This document shows, piece after piece, positions 20,592 through 30,700 of a stretch of DNA of 64,000 nucleotides (the first letter of the stretch is position 1; each line of letters starts with the position of its first letter). The translations under genes and the position numbers were made by a program. Below the pieces are notes generated by a model that had not been told where the DNA came from, searched no databases, and worked only from the letters and a program-made list of their open reading frames with translations. The stretch is taken from assembly GCA_031127075.1 (NCBI GenBank), contig JARIFA010000004.1, positions 3,390-67,389 of the forward strand. Reading direction: 5' to 3'. Origin of the DNA: Gemmatimonadota bacterium. GTDB taxonomy: Bacteria > Gemmatimonadota > Gemmatimonadetes > Gemmatimonadales > Gemmatimonadaceae.

Positions 20592-21145
20592 CCGAACGAC
20601 GGCAGTGGGCGCTGGTCATCGGCATCTCCGTCGCGCTCGGCGTCGGCCTCTGGGCCGTCACCGTGCGACTGGGGGATGAACTCTTCCCACTGAAGATCGG
20701 CGCCGACGCCCCCGACTTCGCGGCGCGCCCAGTCGCCGCCTCACCGAGCCGCGAGCTGAAGGGGATCGACGACTACGCCGGCGAGGTCGTGCTGCTCAAC
20801 ATCTGGGCGACCTGGTGCGGCCCCTGTCGCGTCGAGATGCCGTCGATGCAGCGCCTGCAGGAACGCCTCGGTCCGCAGGGACTCAAAATCGTCGCGGTCA
20901 GCGTCGACGATCCCGGCTCGGCGGATGCGATCACCACCTTCGCGCAGGGCCTCGGGCTGACCTTCGAGCTCCTGCACGATCCGACGAAGGCGATCGAGCG
21001 AACCTTTCAGACCACCGGCGTCCCAGAGACCTTCGTCGTCGGGCGCGACGGCACCATCCGCCGCCGCAGCATCGGCGCGGAGGCGTGGGACAGCGAGGCG
21101 AACGTCGCGCAGCTCGAGCGGCTCCTCGCCGAACCGCGCCCCTGA
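20588..21145 (+). CDS. TlpA/ResA-family membrane-anchored thioredoxin
   Basis: N-terminal TM helix, LLNIWATWCGPCRVEMP, GVPETFVV. Confidence 0.92.
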   Translation: MTERRQWALVIGISVALGVGLWAVTVRLGDELFPLKIGADAPDFAARPVAASPSRELKGIDDYAGEVVLLNIWATWCGPCRVEMPSMQRLQERLGPQGLKIVAVSVDDPGSADAITTFAQGLGLTFELLHDPTKAIERTFQTTGVPETFVVGRDGTIRRRSIGAEAWDSEANVAQLERLLAEPRP

Positions 21146-21166
21146 GCGACCCGTGAGCGACCGCTG

Positions 21167-22222
21167 ATGCGCGTCCTCGCCCTCGAGAGCTCCTGCGACG
21201 AGACCTCCGCGGCCGTCCTGCACGGCCCGGCGGACACGCCGGCGCTCGAGTCGCTCGTGATCCTCTCGCAGGACGTGCATCGGATCTTCGGCGGCGTCGT
21301 CCCCGAGATCGCCTCGCGCGAGCACCTCGCCGCGATCGTCCCCGTGTCCCGACGCGCGCTGGCTGATGCCGGCCGCACCCTCGACGACATCGACGCAATC
21401 GCCGTGACGCACGCGCCCGGCCTCGTCGGTGCGCTGCTCGTGGGGGTCAGCTACGCGAAGGCGCTGGCCGCGGCACGCGGGATCCCGCTCCTCGGCGTGC
21501 ATCACATGGAGGGGCATCTCTTCGCCACGGCGCTCGACCATCCGGAGGCGACGCCCCCCTTCACGGCGCTCCTCATCTCCGGGGGGCATACGATGCTCAT
21601 CGACGTCGCGGCCTGGGGCGAGTACCGCCTCCTCGGCGCGACACGCGACGATGCCGCGGGGGAGGCGTTCGACAAGGTCGCCAAGCTCCTCGGCCTGCCG
21701 TATCCGGGCGGGCGGCATCTCGAGGCGCTCGCCGCCTCCGGCGACCCGGACCGATTCCGGTTCTCCCGCCCGATGCTCCACGGCGGGCAGCAGCCCACCG
21801 ACCCCGACTACCTCGACGTCTCGTTCAGCGGACTCAAGACGGCGGTGCTCCTCGCCGTGCGCGCGAGCGACGACCTCGACCGCGACCGTCCCCATCTGGC
21901 GCGCGCCTTCCAGGACGCGCTCGTCGACACGCTGGTGGCGAAGACGCTCCGCGCCGCCGCGCGGCATGACCGTCGTCGCCTCGTGCTCGGCGGCGGCGTC
22001 GCCTGCAACCGGGCGCTGGTCGCGGCGATGACGACGGCGGCGGTCGCGCGCGGCATCCAGGTCTTCGCCCCGTCGCCGCGGCTCGCGACCGACAACGCCG
22101 CGATGATCGGCGCGGCGGCGCTCTTCCGACTCGGCCGCGGCGAGCGGGACGATGCGAGCCTCACCGCGCACGCCGCCGCCCCGATGCCAGGGCTCGTCGA
22201 CGCCACGGCGCGTCGCCGCTAG
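21167..22222 (+). CDS. tsaD: tRNA N6-adenosine threonylcarbamoyltransferase TsaD
   Basis: LALESSCDETS, GGVVPEIASREH, HHMEGH, DDAAGEAFDKVAKLLGL, TDNAAMI. Confidence 0.98.
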   Translation: MRVLALESSCDETSAAVLHGPADTPALESLVILSQDVHRIFGGVVPEIASREHLAAIVPVSRRALADAGRTLDDIDAIAVTHAPGLVGALLVGVSYAKALAAARGIPLLGVHHMEGHLFATALDHPEATPPFTALLISGGHTMLIDVAAWGEYRLLGATRDDAAGEAFDKVAKLLGLPYPGGRHLEALAASGDPDRFRFSRPMLHGGQQPTDPDYLDVSFSGLKTAVLLAVRASDDLDRDRPHLARAFQDALVDTLVAKTLRAAARHDRRRLVLGGGVACNRALVAAMTTAAVARGIQVFAPSPRLATDNAAMIGAAALFRLGRGERDDASLTAHAAAPMPGLVDATARRR

Positions 22223-22231
22223 CTTCCCCGT

Positions 22232-23065
22232 ATGGCCGCCACGACCCATCTCCCATTCGCCTACCAGCTCGGCCCCCTCGAGATCACCGGCTTCGGGCTG
22301 GGGATGCTCCTCGCCTTCGTGATCGGCCAGATCGTCGCGACCGCCGTCCTCGAGCGCCGCGGACAGGACGGCGAGGTGATGGGGGACGTCACCGTCGGTG
22401 CCGTCATCGGCGGGCTCGTGGGAGCGAAGCTCTACTACGCCATCCTCACCGGTGACCCCGGCGCGGTGTTCAGCCGTGCGGGATTCGTCTTCTGGGGTGG
22501 ACTCATCGGTGGAATCATCGCCAGCGTCTTGGTCATTCGACACAAGGGGCGTCGGTTCACCGAGATCTCGGACGCCTGTGCCCCCGCGCTCGCCGCGGCC
22601 TACGCCGTGGGCCGGACCGGTTGCTGGGCCGTCGGCGACGACTACGGCCGCCCGTGGGACGGCTTCCTCGCGGTGACCTTCCCGCAGGGCGCACCGCCGA
22701 GCACCGTCGCGAACCTGGTGCAGCAGTTTGGCCTCAGCGGCTACACCGACCTGCCGCCGGCGTACGTGCTCGCGGTGCACCCGACGCAGCTCTACGAGAC
22801 CGCGATGGGGCTCGTGATGTTCGCGATCCTCTGGCGCCTCAAGGATCATCGGCACGCCGCCGGCTGGCTCTTCGGCGTCTACTGCGTGCTGCAGGGGATT
22901 GAGCGCTTCCTCGTCGAGTTCCTGCGCGCGAAGGACGACCGCTTCGTCGGGCCGTTCACGGTGGCCCAGGCGATCGCGATGGCGTTCGTCGTCGCCGGCC
23001 TGTTCTGGATGTGGCGCCGCGCCACCCCGAGCGCGCCGACCGCGACCGCTACGACTCGAGGATGA
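22232..23065 (+). CDS. lgt: Prolipoprotein diacylglyceryl transferase
   Basis: GLVGAKLYY, GFVFWGGLIGG, GRTGCWAVGDDYG, HPTQLYE, RFLVEFLR. Confidence 0.93.
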   Translation: MAATTHLPFAYQLGPLEITGFGLGMLLAFVIGQIVATAVLERRGQDGEVMGDVTVGAVIGGLVGAKLYYAILTGDPGAVFSRAGFVFWGGLIGGIIASVLVIRHKGRRFTEISDACAPALAAAYAVGRTGCWAVGDDYGRPWDGFLAVTFPQGAPPSTVANLVQQFGLSGYTDLPPAYVLAVHPTQLYETAMGLVMFAILWRLKDHRHAAGWLFGVYCVLQGIERFLVEFLRAKDDRFVGPFTVAQAIAMAFVVAGLFWMWRRATPSAPTATATTRG

Positions 23066-23429
23066 CGACCGCGGCCGCGGTGTCGGCCGTGTGCGTGAGG
23101 CTCAGATGGATGGCTCGGACCCCGAGGACGCGTGCGCGCGCCTCGGCGCGGCCGTGCAGCACGAGCGCCGGCGCCCCGTCCACACCCCGCACCACCTCGA
23201 GATCGCGCCACCCGATCGCCCGGGCCTCCGCGCTCCCGGCGAGCGCCTTGTAGGCGGCCTCCTTCGCGGCGAATCGCGCCGCGAGATGCAGGGCCGGCCG
23301 CGCCTTCGTCGCCGCATAGCCCCACTCCCCCTCGGTGAAGAGGCGCGCCGCGGCGCGCGCCGGATGCCGCGCCACGAGCGCTTCCACGCGCGCGACATCC
23401 ACGAGGTCGAGCCCGAGCCCGAGGATCAC
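23049..23429 (-). CDS. acpS: Holo-[acyl-carrier-protein] synthase
   Basis: ILGLGLDLVDVARV, LAARFAAKEAAYKAL, GAPALVL, HLSLTHT. Confidence 0.95.
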   Translation of the reverse strand: MILGLGLDLVDVARVEALVARHPARAAARLFTEGEWGYAATKARPALHLAARFAAKEAAYKALAGSAEARAIGWRDLEVVRGVDGAPALVLHGRAEARARVLGVRAIHLSLTHTADTAAAVVILES

Positions 23430-23447
23430 CGACACGCCCCCGCGCAC

Positions 23448-24041
23448 TCAGGCATCGGTGGCCGAGTAGCGATAGTCGCCGGCGAGTTCACGGTCGCAGA
23501 GCGCGGCGCGCACGCCGGTGCGGAGCTCGTACTCCCGAACGAAATCGGGGAGGCGCCCGGTCGTAAATGCCGCCCGCGGAAGCCCGAGGACACGGATCGC
23601 CGCCTCGATCGCCGCGGGCTCTCCCTCCACCTCGACGAGGTCGTCGAGCCGCGGGTAGCGCTCGAAGCGCACCACCGCCCCCTGCACCGTGAACTGCCGG
23701 ATCTCACGATCGATCTCGCGCGTGACCACGTAGCCGAGCCGGTCGAGCATCGTCGCGAGCTCGTCCGGATCGCCGACGGTGACGGAGTGTTCCTCGCGGA
23801 CCTTGTAGCCGTCGACGTAGCTGGTCGGACCCTTCCAGTCGAGTCGGCCGTCGGGCTCGGCGCCACGGTAGACGCGGAGCCGCAGCACGTGGTCGCGGAG
23901 GGCGAGCGCCCGCTCGGGCGTGTCGTACCGTCGGTCTTCGAGGCGACCGACGAAGCCCGGCACGCCCCCCGCGGCCTCGACGCGAGCCACCGCGGCCGCC
24001 AGGTCGGGGACGATTCCCTTCAGCTCGACCTCACGCGCCAC
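23448..24041 (-). CDS. CYTH domain protein (class IV adenylate cyclase-like)
   Basis: N-terminal EVELK motif, YDTP, VLRLRV, KVREE, LVEVEG. Confidence 0.85.
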   Translation of the reverse strand: MAREVELKGIVPDLAAAVARVEAAGGVPGFVGRLEDRRYDTPERALALRDHVLRLRVYRGAEPDGRLDWKGPTSYVDGYKVREEHSVTVGDPDELATMLDRLGYVVTREIDREIRQFTVQGAVVRFERYPRLDDLVEVEGEPAAIEAAIRVLGLPRAAFTTGRLPDFVREYELRTGVRAALCDRELAGDYRYSATDA

Positions 24042-24726
24042 GGATCAACTCCAGCAGCGCGCCGGTGTCGGCGAGGTCATCCACGAGCGCGAACGCCTCG
24101 TACCCCTCCAACTCCGCGCGTCGGTATCCCCCCGTCGCGACGCCGATGGCGCGTGCGCCGATCCCGCGGCCGCAGGTGAGGTCGGCGGGCGTGTCGCCGA
24201 TGATGACGAAGCGGTCGCCGGGGATGGCTCGCCCCAGTCGCGCCTCGGCGCGGGCCTGCGCCACGGGGGCGAGGGCGGGCCGATGCGCGTGGTCGGAGCC
24301 GAACGCGCCCACCACGAAGCGCGACGGCGCGAGCCCCACCGCGTCGAGCTTGAGGGTCGCACCCTCGACGACATTCCCCGTGAGAAGCCCGAGCATCAGG
24401 TCATCGGCCGCGTGCACGGCGTCGACCAGCGCCGGGACGCCGGGGAGCGTGCGGGCGAGACGCACTGGATCCCGGAGCTGCGCGGCGAGCCCGTCGAGAT
24501 AGCGCGCAATCACCTCGGTCATCCCCCCCTCGATCGTCGCGTCATCGAGCCCCGCGTGCCGCATCGACTCCCGCACGATCAGCGGATCGGTCTTGCCGTC
24601 GTACCGGTAGCCCGACGGCCCACGGGTCCCGAAGACGGCCTGCAGCGCCGCCTCCATCGCCGTACGCCCCGCGCCGTCGCTCGAGAGGAGCGTGCCATCG
24701 ATGTCGAAGAGGACGACCGTCGTCAT
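24031..24726 (-). CDS. HAD-superfamily hydrolase (phosphoglycolate phosphatase-like)
   Basis: VLFDIDGTLL, GLLTGN, IIGDTPADLTCG. Confidence 0.92.
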   Translation of the reverse strand: MTTVVLFDIDGTLLSSDGAGRTAMEAALQAVFGTRGPSGYRYDGKTDPLIVRESMRHAGLDDATIEGGMTEVIARYLDGLAAQLRDPVRLARTLPGVPALVDAVHAADDLMLGLLTGNVVEGATLKLDAVGLAPSRFVVGAFGSDHAHRPALAPVAQARAEARLGRAIPGDRFVIIGDTPADLTCGRGIGARAIGVATGGYRRAELEGYEAFALVDDLADTGALLELIRGA

Positions 24727-25619
24727 GTGCGCGAGAGATAGAGACCGCCGATGACCGTCGCGGCGCCGAGCCCCTGGGCGACCGTCGGCACCTCGCCGAG
24801 CGCGACCCACGCGACGAGCACCGCGACGATCGGCTGCAGGTTCGAGTACATCGCCGTGCGCGTCGGTCCGATCTCGTGGACGCCGCGGTACCAGAACAGG
24901 TACGCGATGACCATCGCGAGGACGCCGGCGTAGACCACCGAGCCCCAGGTGAGCCAGTTCACCGCGGCCCAGTCGGTCGCCCAGAGCGAGGGGATCGCGA
25001 GGACGGTGAGGGGCACCACCCCGCCCACGAGGGTCCACGCCGCCACCTGCACCGACTCCACCCGTTTCGTGAGCGGCATCAGTCCGCTCGTGTAGACGGC
25101 CCAGCAGCAGACGGCGCCGAGGATGAGGAAATCGCCGACGAGATGGCTCGTCCCGTCGGCCTGCAGGCTCCCGCCAAGGACGAGACCGACGCCGGCGATC
25201 GAGGCGACGATGCCGAGGACGGCGCGGGACGCGAGCCGCTCGTGACCGAAGGCGCGCGCGACGATCGCCACCGCCGCCGGACTCGCAGCGACGACGAGGG
25301 CGGCCGTGCCGGCACGGGTGCGTGAGAGCCCCGTGATGAAGAGCACTTGGTAGATGCAGTGCCCGAGGACGCCGAGCCCCATCAGGCGCCACCGGTCGCG
25401 TGTCGTCGGGCGCGGGCCGCGCCGCCAGTACGCGAGCGCGAGGAGGACGACGCAGCCGAGCCCCATCCGTAGCACGTTGAACGCGAGCGGCGCCATCACC
25501 TGCGTCCCGTACTTCACGACCGAGAAGTTCACACCCCAGATCACCGCCATGGCGATGAGGCCGGCCTCGGTGGCGCGATGGGTCGTGCGCGGCGAAGCGG
25601 CGGGCGAGGCGGTGGACAT
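24723..25619 (-). CDS. DMT/EamA family transporter
   Basis: About 10 TM helices, IWGVNFSVVK, YLFWYRGVHEIGPTRTAMYSNLQP. Confidence 0.92.
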   Translation of the reverse strand: MSTASPAASPRTTHRATEAGLIAMAVIWGVNFSVVKYGTQVMAPLAFNVLRMGLGCVVLLALAYWRRGPRPTTRDRWRLMGLGVLGHCIYQVLFITGLSRTRAGTAALVVAASPAAVAIVARAFGHERLASRAVLGIVASIAGVGLVLGGSLQADGTSHLVGDFLILGAVCCWAVYTSGLMPLTKRVESVQVAAWTLVGGVVPLTVLAIPSLWATDWAAVNWLTWGSVVYAGVLAMVIAYLFWYRGVHEIGPTRTAMYSNLQPIVAVLVAWVALGEVPTVAQGLGAATVIGGLYLSRT

Positions 25620-25665
25620 CCTTGAATTCTAACGACGGCGCCCCGTCGCCCCTATCTTTCCCAGT

Positions 25666-26091
25666 ATGCACGTCTCCTTCGCCCTCTTCGCCGACGCCGC
25701 GAACATCTCCCAGGAAGGGAAGCTCAACATCCTCGGGGTGTTCGACGCCCTGCAGGTCGCCTCGCTCCCGGCGGTGCATCCGCGCGCGACACTCGTGGTA
25801 CGCCTCAAGGCGCACACGGAGGACGCCGGTCGCCATTCACTGGGATTCGCCTGGGTGGGACCCGATGGCGCCGAGCTCTGGTCCTCGAATGGCGAATTGG
25901 AAGTCGGTGCCCCACCCCCCGGAGCGATGGAGCTCGACGTGCCGGTGATCGCGGCCCTCGACCTTCCGGTGCGGGAGGGCGGCACCCACTTGTTGCGTGT
26001 GGTGGTCAACGGCAGCGTGCGAGCGGAGCTGCCGCTGCACGTTCGGACGGGGACACCGACGCTCCCGCCGATGGGCGGGCTCGTCTCCTAG
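25666..26091 (+). CDS. Conserved hypothetical beta-sandwich protein (DUF6941-like)
   Basis: FALFADAANISQEGKLNILGVFD resembles the DUF6941 N-terminus; TATCTT box before the ATG. Confidence 0.7.
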   Translation: MHVSFALFADAANISQEGKLNILGVFDALQVASLPAVHPRATLVVRLKAHTEDAGRHSLGFAWVGPDGAELWSSNGELEVGAPPPGAMELDVPVIAALDLPVREGGTHLLRVVVNGSVRAELPLHVRTGTPTLPPMGGLVS

Positions 26092-27044
26092 TCGGCGAGC
26101 CCCGGGACGCCGTCCCGCCCGCGGGCGAGACGCACCGCCCGCTCAATCGCCATCTCCAGCGCCTCCACAGCGAGCATCTCCGCCTGTCCCGCGTCGCCGT
26201 CCGGACCGGCCATCGGCGCGAGGGCGAAGACGATATCGCCGTCGACACGGGAGCCGGCCGGCGCGATCCGACGATGATAGGCCGCGGTCGCGGCGCGGGC
26301 GATGCCCTGCAGCGCCAGCCGTGAGAGGGCGACGTCCACGGCGACGACGGCGAGGGTCGTGTTCGGTGCGGCCGCAGCAAAGGCGGGGGGGGTCCCCTGC
26401 CGGGCGAGCCGAGCCACGGTGTCGACGAAGCGCCCGTCCGTTGTACGCGCGCCGGCGATGATCCCTCCGGTGGCGTCCCGAACGTCCCCGAACGCGTTGA
26501 CCGCGACGATTGCGGCCGCGGCACAGCCCGTCCCCTCAGCGACAGCGATTCCGAGCCCACCCTTCATCGCGCCTGTGGGGCCGAGGCACTTCCCCACCGT
26601 GAGGCCGGTGCCAGCCCCCACCGAGCCCTCGGCGATCGCGTCCACCGTCGCCGACTCGCAGGCCGCGTAGGCCATCTCGGCCGTCGGACGCGCATCGAAC
26701 CGCCCGCAGGGCGCGAGGTCGAAGAGCACCGCGGCGGGGACGATCGGCACCACGCCGGGCCCGATGGGAAACCCGCGCCCCCGCTCCTCCATCCACCGCA
26801 TCACGCCGGCGGCGGCATCGAGGCCGAACGCGGAGCCGCCGGCGAGGAGGATCGCGTCGACGCGCTCGACGAGGTGTCCGGGCTCGAGCAGCGCCAGCTC
26901 CCGTGACCCCGTCGCGCGGCCGATCACCGCGCAAGCGCCGCGCAGCGGCGCGTCGAGACCGCGCACGACGGTGCACCCCGTCCCGCCTACCGCGTCGGTG
27001 GCGTGGCCGACCGCGAGGCCGAAGCGCGCGAGCGAGGGGGTCAC
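26088..27044 (-). CDS. P1/S58 family peptidase (DmpA-like)
   Basis: GHATDAVGGTGCTV, ILLAGGSAFGLDAA, VPIVPAAVLFDL, EGSVGAGTG, NTTLAVV, DGDIVFAL. Confidence 0.9.
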   Translation of the reverse strand: MTPSLARFGLAVGHATDAVGGTGCTVVRGLDAPLRGACAVIGRATGSRELALLEPGHLVERVDAILLAGGSAFGLDAAAGVMRWMEERGRGFPIGPGVVPIVPAAVLFDLAPCGRFDARPTAEMAYAACESATVDAIAEGSVGAGTGLTVGKCLGPTGAMKGGLGIAVAEGTGCAAAAIVAVNAFGDVRDATGGIIAGARTTDGRFVDTVARLARQGTPPAFAAAAPNTTLAVVAVDVALSRLALQGIARAATAAYHRRIAPAGSRVDGDIVFALAPMAGPDGDAGQAEMLAVEALEMAIERAVRLARGRDGVPGLAD

Positions 27045-27214
27045 GTCGGCGAGAGCGGAGCGGATGCCGCCGCCTCGCAGGCCGAGCAGGCGATCACGCC
27101 CTGCAGGGTGCAGAGCGCGCAGAGAAAGGCGCCGCACCCGGCGCAGGGGGCACCCTCGGCGGCGCGTTCGGCGGCGCCGCAGGCGGCACAGGGGAGGTGG
27201 TCAGGAGGCGTCAT
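27041..27214 (-). CDS. Putative 57-aa zinc-binding microprotein (4x CxxC)
   Basis: MTPPDHLPCAACGAAERAAEGAPCAGCGAFLCALCTLQGVIACSACEAAASAPLSPT; fills the gap between the regulator and the peptidase, and its TGA overlaps the peptidase GTG. Confidence 0.6.
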   Translation of the reverse strand: MTPPDHLPCAACGAAERAAEGAPCAGCGAFLCALCTLQGVIACSACEAAASAPLSPT

Positions 27215-27743
27215 CGATCGCCCCGAGGCCGTAATCGCGGATCTTCTTGATGAGCGTGGCCCGCGAGATGCCGAGCGCGCGCGCGGAATGGGTGCGGTTC
27301 CCGCCGTGCGCCTGCAGGACCTCGGCGATGTGTGCGCGCTCGACCGCATCGAGCGAGGCGGGGCCGGAGGTGCGCGCGGCGACGCGTTCCAGCGCGCGCC
27401 GCACCGCCGTCGAGAGCACCGGGAGCTCGACCGGCTTGGTCAGGAAGTCGGTCGCGCCGCGTTGCATCGCATCGACCGCGAGCGGGACTTCGCCGAAGCC
27501 GGTCAGGACGATGACCGCGGGGCGCGGGGCACGAAGCTCCGCGAGGAGGTCGAGGCCGCTCCCATCCGGGAGGCGGACGTCGAGCACGATGAGCTGCGGC
27601 GTTCGGGCGCGGATCGCCGCACGGGCCTCCACCAGCGCATACGCAGTGGACACCGAGAACCCTTCGTACCGCATGAAGTCGGCCAGGGCGTCCGCGAAGG
27701 CGACTTCGTCGTCGACGATCAGGAGGTGAGTGGAAGGGACCAT
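27201..27743 (-). CDS. Response regulator (REC + Fis-type HTH, no AAA+ domain)
   Basis: LLIVDDE, LIVLDVRLPD, VLTGFG, DFLTKP, then SLDAVERAHIAEVLQAHGGNRTHSARALGISRATL. Confidence 0.9.
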   Translation of the reverse strand: MVPSTHLLIVDDEVAFADALADFMRYEGFSVSTAYALVEARAAIRARTPQLIVLDVRLPDGSGLDLLAELRAPRPAVIVLTGFGEVPLAVDAMQRGATDFLTKPVELPVLSTAVRRALERVAARTSGPASLDAVERAHIAEVLQAHGGNRTHSARALGISRATLIKKIRDYGLGAIDDAS

Positions 27744-27747
27744 GGAA

Positions 27748-30700
27748 TCAAAACCTCCAAGCACGGAAGAGGTCGAAGCCGAACTGCTGCGGCGTCGGGA
27801 CGAAGCCGCGGGCATTCACGTTCTGCGAGCAAAGGACGGCGCTGGTCGGCGGCTCCACACCCGCGGAGACCGTCAGCGTCGGCCGAACGAGATAATCAAG
27901 CTTCACACCGATGGAGTTCGCGAGGGCCGACGCCGACCCGCCGCCGCCACCGGAGACGAACTGGCTCACCTGGCAGAGGCCGGCGTCGAGGCGGACGAAG
28001 GCTTTCGCCCCGACCTGCTTGGCGCAGTTGAACCGGACCCCCTCGAGGATGCTGGAGCCGAGGTTGGCAAGCCCGCGCTGCGACTGGTCGGCGCCCGACG
28101 TCGAGAGGACGGCGTCGTCGCAGAGCCCACCCGCCGCCTTCCCCCCCGCCCAACTCCCGAGTGAGGAGAGGAGCACGCGTGCCGCCGTCGACGCGTAGTA
28201 GTCCGAGCTCTGCGCGGCGATCTCGAAGCTCGGACCGCCGGTGACAAGGTAGCTGATGAGATCCGCGTTCTTCACGCGCGCCGAGTCCGGCGTCGAGAGC
28301 GTGGCGCTCGGCGCAAGCAGGGTGCCGCCGATGTTGACCCGCACCCGCACGTCGGGCTGCGCCCCCTGCTTGCTGTACTGCCGCACCGTGTGGAGCGCGG
28401 CGATGTCGATGGTCGGGTTGAGGTCCGGCTCGCCGAAGAATGCGATCTCCCCGCGTTCCACCTCGAAGGTGCGCTGCACCGGGCCGAGGTTCAGGCGATA
28501 GGTGCCGCGCACCGTCTGCAGCGTCCCGGTGAGGGCGAGCTGCGCCGCCGCATCCCGCCCACGGCCCTGGCGACTGCGGGTGATGGAGACGGCGCCGCCG
28601 AGATTGACGTTCGCTTCCTCCGAGCGCAGCCAGACATCGCGCCCCATCCGTACGGGGACGTTCCGCACGGTGAGGTTGTCGACGAACTGCGAGGAGGCGC
28701 CGGGGAGGAGCCGCTGCGCGACGAGCGCCGCGGTGTCGACGATGCCGAAGCGGTCGAACTCCTCGAGCGAGATCACGCTCTTCGTCGCGACCTCCGGGAT
28801 GCTGATGATGGCGCGGTCGGCGGTGAGGGCGCCGCTGAGCGTGGCGGCCGAGAGCGACCCGGCGATCCGCAGGCTGTCCGAGAGGTCGATGTCCGCCACG
28901 TCGCGCACGTTGTAGACGTGGAAGGTGTTGGCGCGCACGGCGACGTCGAATCGGGGGTTCTCGCGATCCGCGAGCGAGACCCACCCGCCGATGGCGGCGC
29001 GCCCGGTGCGGCTCTCCGCGCGCGAGGTGGCGGTGAAACGCCGGATCGCGATGCTGTCCCCGATGAGCCCGATGTCGGCGTTGAGGTCGCGCCACCGGAC
29101 ATCCCCCAACGGCGCGACCTGGAGGTTCCCGTCGCGGACGACGAGGCCGCCGTTCAGACGCGGCTTCGCCCACGTGCCCCCCACGTCGAGATTGAGGGCG
29201 AAACTCCCCGCGTCGCCGACCGAGGCGGCGGTATAGAGGTCGAAGAGCCGCAGGCTCACGCTGTCCGAGCGCACGGTCACCTGCAGGGGGGCGTCCGGCA
29301 TCGGGCGCAGCCCATCGCCGGCGAGGGTCACCGCCATCGGGATCCGTCCATCGACGGCGAGCGCCGGGGCGCGGGTACTGCCGAGCGTCGCGGTCACGCG
29401 CAGGGCATCGGCCTCCGCGAGCGCCCCGATGGTGAGCGAGTCGACGCGCACCCCCTTCAGCAGGGCCTCGGTCAGTGTCGCGCGTCCCTCGAGGCGCGGC
29501 CGACGACGGGGCCCCGTCACCCGCGCCTCGAGGTCGATGCGCCCGGTCTGCGTCCCCGTCACCTGCAGCAACTCGGCGACGTCGGCCACGGGGAGCGCGA
29601 CCGCCCGGAGGGCGAGATCCGAGGCGCCATCGCGCGGTACCGCCCCGCTGATGCGGATGGAGGACCCCGTCGCGCCGCGCAACTCGAAGACGTCGCTCGC
29701 GAACCCACCGGGATGGGCCGTGAAGCGCCCGGGACCGACGAGCGCCCACCGCTGCAATCCCGTCGCGATCACGAGCGAGTCCACGAAGAGGGTCGTCGTG
29801 TCCGCGTCGAGCACGTACCGCGCCCGGGCCCGCGCGAGCGTCCCGCTCGCCCCTGCGACCTGGAGCTCGACGGCGCCCCGCTGCCCATCTGCGATGGCGG
29901 CGCGCGCGTAGGCGCGTGTGAACCCGAAGCCCGCCGCGCGGACGGTGTCGGCACCGAGTGAGAGGACGCCGCGCGGCGCCGTCGGGAGCCCTGCGAGCGC
30001 CACGGTCCCGTCGACCGCTCGCGCATCGTTGCCGCCGAGCAGCAATCCTGTCCCATCCAGCCGCCCGTCGAACGCGAAGTCCCGCACCCAGCCGCGGGCG
30101 CCGCCATCGATGCGGAGGCTCCCCGCGAGCGTGTCCGCGATGCCGAGACCGAGCAGCCGTCGGACGCCGCCGAGCGAATCGACCCGGGCGCGCAGCGCGA
30201 GCGTCTCGGTCCGTCCCGGATGGAGTCCGAGGGCCCCCACGCCGTTGAGCTCGACCGCCGTGGTCTCGAGATGAAGCGAATCGAAATGGACGCGCCCGTC
30301 GGCGAAGCGCAGTCGCCCCACGCCGTCGAAGACACGGACCCCCTCGATGGTAGATCGGTCGACGAAGAGGGCGAGCGTCCCGTCGAGGTTCGCCAACGAA
30401 TCGGCGGTGACCGCTGCGTCGAGCCGGGCGTTGAGGTCGCCGCGCGGCAGCGTCGAATCCCCCAGCGCCCCGCGCGGATCGAACCCCGCCACGGCGGCGC
30501 GCCCGACGACGCGGTACGCCGGCGCCTCGCTGTCGAGCAGGAGGTCGACCTCCACGCGTCCGTGTGCACCCGAGAGGTCGGCGACGAGGGCGAGGGAGTC
30601 GGTCGTCCCGCGGATGCGGAGCGGGCCCGCGTGGTCGCCGCGGAGCGGGACCGCGGGGAAGGACTGCGCCATCGTGCTCATCGCCAGCGGCAAGGCGAGC

